Source: an uncultured Planctomycetaceae bacterium (GTDB lineage Bacteria > Planctomycetota > Planctomycetia > Pirellulales > PALSA-1355). Taken from it: a DNA stretch of 64,000 nt. Under the pieces are notes generated by a model that saw nothing but the letters and a program-made list of their open reading frames with translations, was not told the DNA's origin and did not search any database. Of this stretch, positions 9,582-22,800 are shown one piece after another. Where the stretch lies: NCBI GenBank assembly GCA_963785305.1, contig CAWAUV010000008.1:288001-352000 (forward strand), read 5' to 3'. Positions within the stretch are counted from its first letter, which is position 1, and every line of letters starts with the position of its first letter. The translations under genes and the position numbers were made by a program.

Positions 9582-10778
9582 TCATTGCCTCGACGCACCC
9601 GCGAGGCGTTCTAAATCATCCGCCAGTTCTCGCAAGGTGGCGGCGGAGTCGTGGGTGGCGTACTTCTCGGCGAAGCCCCGGGCGGCTTCGCCATATGTGG
9701 GCGACGCGAGCACTTGTCGCAGTTTCGTTTCCACGGCCGTTGGGTTGCCTGGGTCGGCGAGGTCCGCAAAACCTTCCTGACGCGCTCGGCGAGCTTGCAT
9801 GAGCTGTTCCCAGTAGAGCGGTAGCAGGAAGGAGGGCTTGCCGGCGAGCAGCATCGCGGCGAGCGTTCCGTGCCCGCCGTTAAGAATCGCCAAGTCGCAC
9901 TCGGCCGCGGCTTGGCAAATGTCGAGCGGCTCGCGATGGAAATGCAAGTTCACGGTAGCATGACGCCGCTCGAGCGCGGGATCGAAGCGATCGAGATAAG
10001 CCACCGTCGGAAAGCGCCATGTGGCCAAGCATTGCAGCAGGGCCCCGAGCGCGGGAAATGGCTTCAGGTAAACGAAAATCCGCTTGCCATCGCCGGGCGG
10101 CCAGCGAAACGGCTTGCCGAACGCGTCGGGCTGACATCCATAATAGCGAATCTCCGATCGCGGCCCGAAATGGTCGAGCTCCGGGTACGTGCAAAGTAGC
10201 GTGGCATCGACCTGACGATAAAGATCGGCAAGGCTTTCCAGTGGCGGCTGGCCACGGGCCAAGAGTAATTGGCGCGCATTTCCGAGGGCCCTTCCGTCGG
10301 CGGCGGGGTCCGGCGGATTGGCCGACGCCTGGGCACGCAGGCGAGGCAAATCCGGCTCGGTCGTTGGACACGAAAACCCGACCCCGATCACGACGCGGCG
10401 AAACTCATGCTCTCGGGCCGCGAGCAGCGCCATGGGGCTATGTTCGAAGAGCACGACGTCCGGTTTTGTCGCTTGAAAGATCGATCGCCAAGCCGCGGCG
10501 CCGATCGAAAGCCGCTCGTAGTCGCCGAAACCGACGTTCGCCAGCATCTGCCCAAACGTCTCGGGCTTGTCCATTCCCGGCGCCTGCCGCGGCAGTGAAA
10601 AGGGCGCCTGCCAATACGACACGTCGACATCGCCGAACACCCGGCCGGCATGCGTCAGATCTCGCAGGGCCAAGTCGACCCGATGCCCGCGACGAACGAG
10701 CTCGCCGACGACCGGCTTGAGTCCGCCGAGGTGCCCCAGTCCGCCGCCCAGTTCCCAAGTCACGAGGAATTTCGCCAT
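9582..10778 (-). CDS. GT-B fold glycosyltransferase (GT1/GT28-like C-terminus)
   Basis: WELGGGLGHL N-terminal motif; DLAILNGGHGTLAAMLLAGKPSFLLPLYWEQ nucleotide-sugar-binding motif. Confidence 0.85.
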   Translation of the reverse strand: MAKFLVTWELGGGLGHLGGLKPVVGELVRRGHRVDLALRDLTHAGRVFGDVDVSYWQAPFSLPRQAPGMDKPETFGQMLANVGFGDYERLSIGAAAWRSIFQATKPDVVLFEHSPMALLAAREHEFRRVVIGVGFSCPTTEPDLPRLRAQASANPPDPAADGRALGNARQLLLARGQPPLESLADLYRQVDATLLCTYPELDHFGPRSEIRYYGCQPDAFGKPFRWPPGDGKRIFVYLKPFPALGALLQCLATWRFPTVAYLDRFDPALERRHATVNLHFHREPLDICQAAAECDLAILNGGHGTLAAMLLAGKPSFLLPLYWEQLMQARRARQEGFADLADPGNPTAVETKLRQVLASPTYGEAARGFAEKYATHDSAATLRELADDLERLAGASRQ

Positions 10779-11399
10779 CGGCGTTCACGGCTGGAGAGGG
10801 GTCGGGCGGCAAAGAAGAAGTGGGCATCAATTTGCTGGTTGCGATGATCACCAATCATTGCAACCAGGACTCTGTTCGCAAGGCGCGTAGCGAAGTTTTG
10901 AGACCAGAGCACGATGCCGGCGTCGCTAGTGGCGCTTGACGTTTCAGAGCGCACGCTCCGAGCGTTCGTTATAACGCTAGCCGGACTGCTCATCGCCGTC
11001 TAAATCGCCACCTACCTCGCCTGCAACATCCGCCGCTAATTTCGATTTTCCATAATCGAACCGCTTCCCGCCCGTGCCGCAGCATCCACCCGCTCGCTAA
11101 GGCGCCGGCGTCCCGAGGCGCAATCGAATTGGCCGGTCGTCCGCTTCCTCGCAATCGAAAAACGGCAAACGCTTATCCTAATTGTCCCGCCTTCGCTCCA
11201 TCGATCCCGCGCCAATTCAAGCAGTCGTGCCGTCGCCTCCACCACTCCGCCAGCGCGTCTTTCTCGAATTACTCGCGCTTTCAGCGGTTCAGGAGGCAAG
11301 GATCTGGAGGCTGCTGGCGGGGACGCTATAATTTTCCGAGACTCGTGGCCATTCCGTTTTGCATATCGCTTCGATCCATCCCTCGATTCCTCCGCTGCC

Positions 11400-14300
11400 A
11401 TGCTTGCTGAGATTCTCGAAAAGGCTCGATCGCATTATCGCGCCGGCCGGTTGCCGCGGGCCGAGCGCCTGCCGGCAGATTCTCGATCAGGACCGAAATT
11501 TTCCGCAGGCTTGGTTTTTGCTGGGCCTCGTCGCCTATCAGGCAGGCAAGGATGACGAGGCGATTAGAGCCTTTCGCGAGACGATCGAGCGCCAGCCGTC
11601 GTACGCCGACGCGCATAACAACATCGGCATTTGTCTTGCCCGCCAAGGGAAGCTTGCTGACGCGGCGGAGAGCTTCCGCCGCGCTTTACAAGAGCGAGAG
11701 AACTATCCCGAGGCCGAAAACAACCTCGCCAACACCTTGCGGGACCAAGGCGAGGTGGATGCGGCGATCGAGCATTACCGCGCAGCGATCCGCAAGAATG
11801 CGCAGTACGCCGACGCGCACAACAACCTGGGTATCGCCCACGCGCGGCGGAGCGAATGGACCGAGGCCGAAGCCTCTTATCGAGAGTCCTTGCGGTTGCG
11901 TCCCGATCATGCGGAAGCCCAAAACAACCTCGGCGCCGCCTTGGCCGGACAAAGACGATTCGACGAGGCCTCCGCGGCGTTTGAGCAAGCGTTGCGTCTG
12001 AAGCCAGCCTACGCGGATGCTCATGGCAATCTGGGATTGGCATTGGCCGAGCAAGGGCAATGGCCCGCCGCGGTTGCGGCATTTCGCCGGGCGGTGCAGC
12101 TTGCGCCGCGCGTGGCGCAATTGCATTTGCAGTTGGGGCGGGCCCTGGTCGAGCACGGCAGCCTTGAAGAAGCAGCCGAAGCGTTTCGGCAAGCGGTGAG
12201 CATCGATCCTCGCTTGGTGGATGCGCATCGACGCTTAGCAGCCTTGCTCGAACGGATTGGCGATCTGGTCGGCGCCACGGAAGCGCTCGAACGCTTGGTG
12301 CAATTGGAGCCCAAATCGGCAAGAGCCCATCACCGACTGGGAAGAGTGCTGACGGCGCAGCGGCGTTTTCGGCAAGCCGCACGGCATTTCGACCGTGCGG
12401 TGGCGATCGAGCCGAATTCCTCGGCAACGCATGTCGACCGGGCGCATTTAAGACTGATTACGGGCAACTTTGCCGAGGGCTGGGGCGATGTCACTTGGCG
12501 CTGGAAGCAGCCGGGAATGTCGCCGCGGGTGGCCCAGCCGCGTTGGACCGGTGAGCCGCTGACCGATCGGAAATTGCTGCTATGCTGCGATGCGGATCCG
12601 TCGGATACGTTCCTATTTGCCAGTTATGCACGGCGCGTCAAGCAGAGCGGCGCGGCGGTATACGCGCAGGCGCCGCGGCCGATAGCGCGACTCTTGGAGA
12701 GCTGTTCTTTTATTGATCGCGTCTTTGCAGACGACGAATGGCCGCCGGAGTTCGACTACTACGAGTCTTTTCTGGGATTGCCGGGCTTGTTCGGCACGAC
12801 TCTGGCCACGATCCCGCCGGACGAGCCGTATTTTATTGCGGATGCGGAGCGGATTGCGAGGTGGCGCGATGAACTGAGCTATCTGCGCGTTTCGCATCGG
12901 CATCCAGTGGCAAGCAGACATAGACGATCGTCGCTCGATTCCACTGGCCCATTTTGCGCCACTGGCAGCGCTGCCGAACGTGCATCTGGTAAGCCTTGAA
13001 CGAGGGAAAGCCCGGGAGCAGTTGGCCGAAGCACCGTTCGCGGTTACCGATTTAGGCGCGCGTTTGGACGATGCCGACGGCATTTGGCAAGATTTGGCGG
13101 CGGTGGTCAATAACCTGGACTTGGTGATCACGGCCGATACGGCCTTGGCCCAATTGGCGGCGGGGCTGGGATCGCCGGCTTGGGTGGCATTGCCGTATGC
13201 GGCTCATTGGCGCTGGCTGCTACATCGGGACGATAGCCCTTGGCGCCGGTCGCTGCGGCTCTTTCGACAGCCGGAACCGGACGATTGGGCGCCGGTGTTC
13301 GATCGCATGGCAGCGACCTTGCAAGAGAAACTCGCCGCCGCCAGTGACCAGCAGCCGAGTGAACTTGGCCTGACTCCGCCGAGCGCGGTGCAGCTAAACG
13401 GCATCGGCGTGCGGCTGGCCGAAAGGGGACGGCTCGATGAAGCCATTTCCAGCTTTCGCCAAGCCTTGGCCATCCGCCCCGACTTGGCCGAGGCGCAGAA
13501 TAATCTGGGCAATGCGCTGCAAAACCAAGGCTTGATCGAGGAGGCGATCGAGCATCTCCGCGAAGCCGTGCGGCTACGGGATCAATATCCGGAAGCCCAC
13601 AATAACCTAGGCATCGCGCTCTGTAAGCACCGTCGCTTCGATGAGGCTGAAACGTCGTACCGACGAGCCATCGAACTGCGGCCCGAATTCGCCCAAGCCC
13701 ATCAGAATCTCGGCCTGTCGTTGGTCGATCGCCGCAAGTTTGCCGAAGGAGAACCCTGCTTTCGCAGAGCGATCGAACTCGATCCCCAGTTGGCGGTGCG
13801 GCATGCGAGTTTGGGGCATGCCGTCGCCGACCAAGGTCGCCTTGAAGAAGCGCTACCGTGCCTGGAAAAAGCAATAAGTCTCGCGCCGAACAAACCGGAG
13901 TTTCACAACGGGCTGGGCAATGTGCTCCGCGAGCTCAAAAAGTACGACGAAGCGGTTCGGAGTTTCGAAAAAGCCATCGAACTGCGGCCGCAGCATGCTG
14001 ACGCGCACAACAACTTGGGCATCACGCGAGCCCGCAAGAGCGAGTTCGAACAAGCGGTGCAACACTATCGCGAAGCGATCCGGTTGCGACCCAAGTTCGC
14101 CGGCGCCCACAATAATCTCGGGATTGCGCTAGCGCAGCAAAACCAGCGAGCTGAGGCGATCGCCAGTTATCGGCAAGCGATTCGCTTGAAGCCCGACTAT
14201 GCCGAAGCGCACAACAATCTGGCGATCGTGCTGACGCAAGAGGCCAACTTCGATGAAGCGCTGGTCATGTACCGCAAAGTGCTCGAGCTCAAGCAAAATT

Positions 14301-15761
14301 ACCCGGAGGCCCATAGCAATGTGGGCATCGCGCTCACCGAGTTCGGCCAGCTTGACGCCGCGCTCGCCGAGTTTGACAAGGCAATCGGCGCTCCGGAGCG
14401 ATTATCCGGACGCGCATATGAATCGAGCGCTAACTCGATTGCTTATCGGGGATTTTTGCGCGGGGCTGGGAAGACTACGAATGGCGATGGAAATGCAAGG
14501 ACTTTCAATCTCGCAACTTCAAGCAGCCGCAGTGGAACGGCGAGCCGCTTGAGGGCCGGCGAATTCTATTGCATACCGAGCAAGGCCTCGGCGACACCTT
14601 TCAATTTATCCGCTACGCCGCGCAGGTGAAGGAACGGGGAGGCCGAGTGCTGGTGCGAGCACCCAGGCCGCTCATGAAGATATTGACGCTATCGCCAATG
14701 ATCGACGGCGTCTGTCTCGAAGGAGGCGAACTGCCGGAGTTCGATTTGCATATTCCGCTATTGAGCTTGCCCCGCATCTTTGGGACGCGGCTTGATAGCG
14801 TGCCAGCTTCCTCGCCATATCTTTTCGCTGATCCGGAATTGATTGCCCGCTGGCGGGAAGAGCTTGGTTACATTGATGCGTTCAAGGTGGGGATCAACTG
14901 GCAGGGCAATCCCAAGTACCGTGGCGACAGGCGCCGTTCGATTGCGCTCGCCCACTTTGCGCCCCTGGCGGCGGTGAAAGGCGCGAGGCTGGTCAGTTTG
15001 CAGCGGAATCATGGCGTGGAACAAATCAAGGAAGCCCGTTTCAGCGTCACGGAATTGGGTGGCCAGATCGATGACGCGTCGGGTCCATTCATGGACACCG
15101 CCGCCGCGATGATGAACCTTGACTTGTTCATTACTTCCGATACGGCGCTGGCGCATTTGGCAGTGCGCTGGGAGCGCCCGTGTGGCTCGCGATTCCCCAC
15201 GCTCCTGATTGGCGATGGCTGCTCGAACGGTCGGATTCTCCCTGGTATCCCTCGATGCGCATCTTTCGCCAAGCGGAGTTCGACAATTGGGCGCCGGTAT
15301 TCGAGCGCATGGCGGTTGAGCTACAAAAGCTTGTCGCCCGAAAGCGGCGCGACCGATTTGAAACGCGGCTCGACGCGGGCGAGCTCGTTGATCGCTTGGC
15401 GAGGAAAAGCGTGGTAGCGCGAATCGAGGCTAATGAACTTGGCGCGAACGTCCACGACAAGGACCGCGAACTTGCGCGTCTCGAGCGGCAGTTTTCGAAT
15501 CTCGGCTCCGACCCGCAACTTTTCGCGCGGCGTGACGAGCTTGAAACGATACACGAGCAGTTACAAAAGGCGCGGCGGGCGGCCCGGGACCCTGCAACCG
15601 GCGTCGGCGAGACGACGCTTGTCGCGTCGGCGATCGTGGCCCTGCGAGCCGAAACGCGGCGCGAGGCGGTGATCGAAGAGATCGATCGCTGGTTCGAGAC
15701 TGCGCGGCGGAGGGCAAGAAGCCGCCGCGCGATAAAAGCAGACCGGGTTGCGCGGTGTTGA
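11400..15761 (+). CDS. Large TPR plus GT9-like glycosyltransferase protein (TPR-GT-TPR-GT-DUF6165-like tail), split by several apparent frameshifts
   Basis: Many AEAHNNLG-type TPRs; GT modules EQGLGDTFQFIRY, FDLHIPLLSLP, NLDLVITADTALAQLA...WRWLLHRDDSPW. ORFs 11359, 12980, 14569 and 15180 join by single-base shifts. Start MLAEILEKAR at 11400. Confidence 0.8.
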
Positions 15762-15912
15762 ATGTAGCACTGGCGGCCAGCGAAAGGCTAAATCGGTCGT
15801 TCGTTGCCGCGCGACCGTCTCTCACGGAATCCAGGCGCAAGATGCAAATTATTGGGTGCGCATCGTATCACGAGCGATTGATCTTATGACGGACGCCGCG
15901 CCGGATTGGCTC

Positions 15913-16359
15913 TTATTGCGGCGATAGAGTGTGGGTGGCATATTGCTTGGTCTCGACGATCCATGAGCCGACTAGTTCGTTGATTTGACGTTTCAGTTCA
16001 AATCGCCGGTCGTTGGTCCGGTACACATCGCGCGCCAATTGGATGAAACGGGGTCCGAAATCCCGCAATCGCTCCTGTTCGCGAATTGCGTCTTCGATCT
16101 CCCAAAGGGCGAAATTCACTTCAGCAATCGCCGCCGCGAGGGCCTTAAGCTCAGGCGATGCCGGCAACGCCCGGTCTCGCGTCTCTTGCAAAGATGCGAG
16201 CTCCCGCTGCACATGGGACCGTTTCCGCGGGTCGACGATTTTGCGATTCTTGATTTCCAGGATCGAAATTTTGTCGATCAGTTCGCCCGCCGAGATTTCG
16301 ACGGCAAGCGTCAAAGATCGGGACGAAATCGGGCGATTTGTTGATGTTTCCGTCGACAT
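15913..16359 (-). CDS. DUF6165-like protein (commonly next to TPR-glycosyltransferases)
   Basis: VEISAGELIDKISILEIK...VNFALWEIEDAIR...FIQLARDVYRTNDRR...IVETKQY. Confidence 0.8.
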   Translation of the reverse strand: MSTETSTNRPISSRSLTLAVEISAGELIDKISILEIKNRKIVDPRKRSHVQRELASLQETRDRALPASPELKALAAAIAEVNFALWEIEDAIREQERLRDFGPRFIQLARDVYRTNDRRFELKRQINELVGSWIVETKQYATHTLSPQ

Positions 16360-16833
16360 GATGTTTTGGAAGGGCGGTCGGATTATCGCCAGATTCGCCT
16401 AGAAACGTGTGTTTCGAGCGGCGAAACGTATTGGATTGGATTGGACCAAGGTAACGAAGCACAAGCGGATTGTACCCAACCGCCGGTTTTTTCCAAACTT
16501 GCATGTTCACTCGATAAATCTTTTGTCTCGGAAATCCGCACGACAGATGGACTTGAGGGGACGTCGAACCGCGAAAGAAAAAAAACTTTTTATCGCATAG
16601 TTGAAATCCGCAATATGGCTGTTATATTGCTTCGCGGCGTGGTGCGGCCCGTTGTGCTTCGAGCCCCCCAAATGGTTTCGCTCTCTTTCTTTTCTTTCAC
16701 CGAGTCTTGCTCTCCCTTTCAGAAATAAGCGGCAAGACCGTTTGGGTTCGTGCTGTGCGCATAGTGCGCGCCGACCGACGAATTCGACGCGATCGAGCAC
16801 GGAAATTGATGTCCTCGTAATTGGAGCGACTCG

Positions 16834-19800
16834 ATGAAACTGCCTCCGCAATCTTGGAAGCGGACCTGGGAATCGTTGGGATTCGTTCGGAAAAAACGGA
16901 GTCATCGTCGCGAAGCACGGCGGCATCAAATCGAGTCTCTCGAGGTCAGGCAATTTCTACACGCGGCGCCCGTTTTGGCGGCGACCTCGTTGGTCGAAAC
17001 GCTCCCGGCGGGGGTGGCCCCGGCGACGAACAGCGGCATCGCCGTGTCAGCTCTCGTTGGCGGCGAGACGGTCGACACCGGCGGCTCGCCAGGCATCGCC
17101 ATCACGGCGGTCGATGTATCCCAGGGCGCGGTGCAATTCAGCGTCGATGGCGGGAGCACTTGGGCCACGATCAGCGGCGTCTCCGACAGCAATGCGCTTT
17201 TGCTGAGTGCCGATTCGAATGGTCTCGACCTTGTGCGCGTCGACGTCAACGCGTCTGGAACCCAGGCGCCGTTCAATATCTCCGACGCGATCACCTTCCG
17301 CGCTTGGGACCAAACCCAAGACGCGGGCGACAACGGGCTTTACGAAGACGCCAGCGCCAACGGCGGCTCGACGGCTTTCAGCTCCGCGACCGACGTCATG
17401 GCTGCCACGCTTTTGAGCGCGGGACCGAGCATCTCGGAGCCCGGCTCCCAATCCATGAACGTCGACGATGCGTTGACGTTTTCCGGCGATAATGGCAACT
17501 CGATCACCGTCACGGACGCCGACGCCGCGACGATGAGCCTGACCTTGTCGGTCGGCAGTGGGACTCTGAATGCTCCAAACGCGGGCAGCATTTCCGTGAG
17601 CGGCGCGGGAACGGCCACGCTCGTTCTGTCGGGAGCGCCCACGGACGTCAGCAACGCGCTTGACGGGCTTACCTACACGCCGGACTCTGGGTTTGTCGGC
17701 TCCGACACGTTGACGATCACGGCCGACGATGATGCGAGTTCGGGAGATGGCGTCGATCACACGGCATCGGCGCAAGTTGCGTTGAGCGTGCAGAACTCTC
17801 CGCCATCGATTTCCGCGCCGTATTCCGTTTCTTTCGAAAGCAATGCTTCGATTTACTTCGGCACGGAATACGGCGATCCGGTCGTGGCCTATGATCCCGA
17901 CGGCGAAAACCTGGAACTGTCGCTTTCGACCAGCTACGACCCGATCTACTTAGGCACTTCGGACGCCGTATCGATCGTTTCGGGCTCCAATGGCTCGAAT
18001 TCACTGACGATCGACGGCAACGCCGCCGCGATCAACTCCGCGCTTGAGGGCATGGCGATCATTGGAGAACCGGGGGAAGATGACACGCTCTGGCTATCGC
18101 TCTATGAACTGGGCGGACCCAGCCAGACGGCTTCGACCAGCGTGGCGATCGACTATTATCCTCCGCAGCCGCCGAGCATCTCCGCGCCGAGTTCGGAATC
18201 CGCCGGCTATGGCGGCGAGGTCGTCTTCAGCAATGCCGACGGGGATCCGATTTCGGTTTCGAGCCCTGACAACGGCTATCTTACGTTGACGCTATCCACG
18301 AGCTCCGATTTGATCACGCTCGCCAACGAGTCCGATATCAACTTCATATCTGGCTACGATAATTCCACCGATTTTGTGATCGAGGGCGACGCCAGTCAAA
18401 TCAATGGGGCACTCGACGGCATGTCCGTGTACTACACGGAAGACGGCGACGACACGCTATGGCTTTCGGTGAATGAAGAGAGCCAGACCGCGTCGACGAG
18501 CGTGGCCCTCGATTATGCGCCGTCATCGCCGCCGAGCATTTCCGCGCCGAGTTCGGAATCCGTCAGTTATGGCGGTGAGGTTGTTTTCAGCAATGCGGAC
18601 GGCGATCCCGTTTCGATATCGAGCCCCGACGGCGGCTATTTGACGCTCGTGCTTTCCACCGGTTCCGAGCCGATCTACCTAGCCAATTCCGGAATCAATA
18701 TGGTGGACGGCTATCAAGGCAGCAACTTCGTCGAAGTGGAAGGATATGCCAGCGACATCGACTCCGCCCTCGACGGCATGTATTTGCAAAACTGGCAGGC
18801 CAGCGGCGACATCCTGTCGCTCTCGCTGTATGAATACGACGGCTCCTATGAATCGGCTTCGGCGAGCGTGGCCATCGACTATTCAGGCGGCGATTACGGC
18901 TCGTACGGCGGTCCGACTATTTCGACGAATTACTCGCTCTCGTTCACGGGCGACGAGCCTTCCGGTTTTTGCGGAGGCAGCGTCTACGATCCTAACGAGG
19001 TCGATCTGGAAATGACGATCTCCGTCGATCAAGGAACGCTCAACGCAGGTGGTGGCTGGGCGGGAATGGTTTCTGGGCTTGGCTCGAACACGCTCACCAT
19101 CAATTCCGACCAGAACACGATCAACTCGCTCTTGAACGATCTGACCTACGCGCCCAACCCCGGTTTTTTCGGCACGGCAAACCTGACACTGTCCGTCAGC
19201 GAGGATGGCGGCGACTGGGAAAGCGCGTCCGCCAACATGCCGATGTATGTCAGCGAGCCGCCGGCGCCGTCGCTCGAGGGCGTCTCGAACTATTGGGCGG
19301 ATGATAATGTCCCGTTGAGTTTTAGCGCGATGGGACAAGACGGCGGGTATTCGTCGCTCACTTATTCGTTGACTGATGAAAGCATGGGCGAAGATGGCGC
19401 GAGCGTCGATCCCCAGTCCGGTCTATTCGCTTGGACGCCCGACGTCGCGCCGGGTAGCTATGATTTCGTGCTCACCGCGACCGACGGCTACGGCCAGAGC
19501 GCGTCACAATGGTTTGAAATCGATGTGCAAGCAGTCGCTCCCGAGCTTGCGCCCATTGACTCCAGGACCATAAGCGAGGGAGCCATTGTCTCCTTTCCGG
19601 TCCAAGCCACGGATCCCGAGGGCGATTATGAAGCGGGGCTCAACTATAGTTTGGGCGAGACGCCCGCGGGCGCGTCGATCGATCCAAACAGCGGTCAATT
19701 CACTTGGTCCTCGAACGCGGCTCCTCCGGGCATGTATGCCTTCACCGTGGTGGTGTCGAACGATTGGGGCGAGTCGGCCGCCGAGACCTTCTACATCACC

Positions 19801-22800
19801 AGCACCGACCAAGCCACCAATCCCGCCACGCTCGACTCGCAGTCGAGTCAGACGCTGCCGTCAGTGGCCAGCGACTCCTCCGGCAACTATGTGACGGTCT
19901 GGTATGGCGACGGCGCCATTTGGCGGCAACTCTTCTCGAACACCGGCGCCGCGATCGGCGGCAATTTCCAAGTCAGCGCCCCGGCGCGAACATCGACGGC
20001 GCCTCGAAGCCGGTCGTGGCAAGCGCGGCCAACGGCGATTTTGTCGTGGCCTGGGCTCAGGCGGATGCGTCGGGCAACGACTCCGTGTGGGCCCAGATGT
20101 ACAACGCCGACGGCACGACTTCCCGCGCCGCTTTCGAGGCGAGTCCGACCGGCGTCATCGCCTCCGAGCCGTCGGTGGCCATGAACGCCAGCGGACAATT
20201 CGTCATTGCGTGGTGCGACAACGATACATCCGGCAGTCCTGGCGTTTACTATCAAACGTACTCCGCGGTCGGCGTCGCGACCGGAACTGTGGAGCAGGCT
20301 TGTGGGTTTGGCTCCAGCGAACCATCGGTCGGCATGGGATCCGACGGCTCATTCGTGATTGCCTGGAATTGGTCCTCGCAGATATATGGCTTGTATCTCG
20401 ATAGCAACGGGTTGGCTCAAGGTCCGGCGTTCCTGGTCGGCAGTTCCGGCGACACCGGCAACTATCCGGCGGTGGGCGTGGGCGCCAATGGCCAGTTTGC
20501 CATCGGTTGGACCAGTTCCGACGATAACTCGGTTCGTGTGCGAACCTACGACGTCGATGGGGCCCCCATCGAATCCGCGCCGCTGGTCATCGATCGCGCG
20601 CCGGGCGATGCCAGCACACGGCAAACTCTAGGGGTCGGTGTAGATGCGACCGGTTATGCGCTCATCACTTGGTACGACGCCGGCATCGACTACCCTCTAG
20701 GAACCGAAGGGCAGCTTATCGATCCGAACGGCGAACTCGATGGCTCCGCTTTCTGGCTGGACCAGATCGATCAGAATACGCTTGATCAGGCAACGGGCTA
20801 CGGAGGGTTTGTCAACGGCGGCGGCGGCGCGGCGGTGGCCAGCGGCGTCGTGGAGGACTTCGATCTTGCCTGGACACATCCCACCTGGGATGGCCAATCG
20901 CAGCAGATATTCACGGACCCGTACACGATTCAAGAACCCCCGCAGCTTGTCGCTTCGACTCAGCCGGTCGCCCCCTTGATGGTCGCTCCAGGCGACACGG
21001 CCGCGAGCATCGACGTGGGCGGTGATTTCACCGATCCAAGCGGATCGTCGCTTACGTACTCGGTTGAATCGGATGACAACACGAGCTTGATTACCGGCGC
21101 AACATTCACCGGTAGCACACTCAGCCTGACTTTGGCGGCGGGCGCGCCAGGCGTCGCCCACCTCGACATTCGCGCCATGGATTCTGCCGGGCTTTTTGTC
21201 GACATGCCGTTAACGTTGCTCGTGAGCGACTTCGTGCATCTCGCTCCCGTGGGTTATTCGCAGACCATTCCGCGCTCGGCGGCGTCAAACCCGGGCATGC
21301 TCGTCAGCAGCCTGGTCGCCCATGAGTCCGTGCCGACCGGCGATGGGCAAGGAATCGCAATTACGGCGGTCAACTCCGCCGACGGCATCGTGCAGTACAC
21401 GCTCGACGGCAATACGTGGCAAAGTGTCGGCAGCGTGTCGAATTCCAACGCCTTGCTGTTGCCGGCCGACGGTGTCACCGCGATCCGGTTCGTCGCCAAT
21501 AGCGGGTTTATCGGAACTGTCGCCGACACGGTGACTTTCCGCGGCTGGGATCAGACGGGCGGCGGCGCTGGCGCGTATGCCGACACAACTACGAACGGGG
21601 GATCCTCGCCGTTCAGCGTGGCCGTCGATAAAGTCACCTTCTCTGTTTCCCCCATGGTCGGCGCCCCGACCACGGAACCCTCCGTGGATTACTTGGGCAA
21701 CGGGGTCAAGGCAACTTTGGCATACGACGCCCAGGGAAACTATGTGCTTGTTTGGACCGGCCAGCCCTTCGCGAGTGCGGGCGTCTACGTGCAACGATTC
21801 AAGGCCGATGGCACGCCGATCGACTCGTCCCCGATCTGCATCAGCGGACAAGATAACATCAATCCTGATTACTTCAGTGTGTCGGCGGCGATGACGGCCG
21901 ATGGCAGTTTTGTCGTCGTGTGGAGTTATCGCAATGATTCTCAGTATCAATATCAAGTCGCGGGCCGAATTTTCGACGCGACGACGGATAGTTTTGGACC
22001 GATTTTTAGCCTTGGCGATCCCACTCGCGAAAACATCAATGCTGTGGTTAGCATCTTGCCGAGTGGGGCCTTCAGCGTTACCTACACCGACGATCAATAC
22101 AACTGGGAAAACCAGACCGATGTGATGTTGGTAACCTCCACTCCCAATTGGGTGAGCACGCAAGCACCCACCCTTGGCGCTCTTACGCAACTGTATTGGG
22201 GCAACGGCGGCCAGCAAAGCACCGCGGGCTCACAGGGGCAAGCAATTGCTTACGATAACCAGTTCGGAGACATTTGGGTCACTCTCCTCGACGCCAACGG
22301 AAACCTGATTGGCTCCGGCCCGATCCAACTTACCCCATCCGGAGTTATCTGCCAAAATGCTTCGGCGGTGATGGAGCCCGATGGAACCACGATCGTCGCC
22401 TGGCAGGCGTTCGACAGCGGCGGCAACTTCATCGGCCTCGAAGCCACGACGATCTCATCGAGCGGAGTGCCCAGCGGAAACATCGACACCATCGCCACTG
22501 GCTCGGGCGTTTCCAGCGCCTCGATGGCGATCGATCCGACCACCGGCCAGTTGATGGTGGCTTGGCAGCAAGCGGACGCCGCCGGTGGTTACGACATGAT
22601 GGCCCAGTTCTACACGCCCGACGACTCCGGCTTGGGCACACCGCTGTTGGCGACGCCGCAAGTCGTGGTGGACAATTCGAGCGGCGTCGAGAGCTTTGCC
22701 GCGTCGGCCTCCAGCGTCGGAATCTTCGGCTTGACTTGGTCGACCGCCTCGCAAGTGTATTTCCAACGATTTCAGTTTGACCAGCCGCTCACGGCGAACA

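Noticed and set aside
6541..20200. Calling the serine recombinase, TPR-GT and giant genes true pseudogenes
   Set aside because: The lesions are single-base indels in GC runs across unrelated genes, typical of long-read error; this cannot be resolved without reads.
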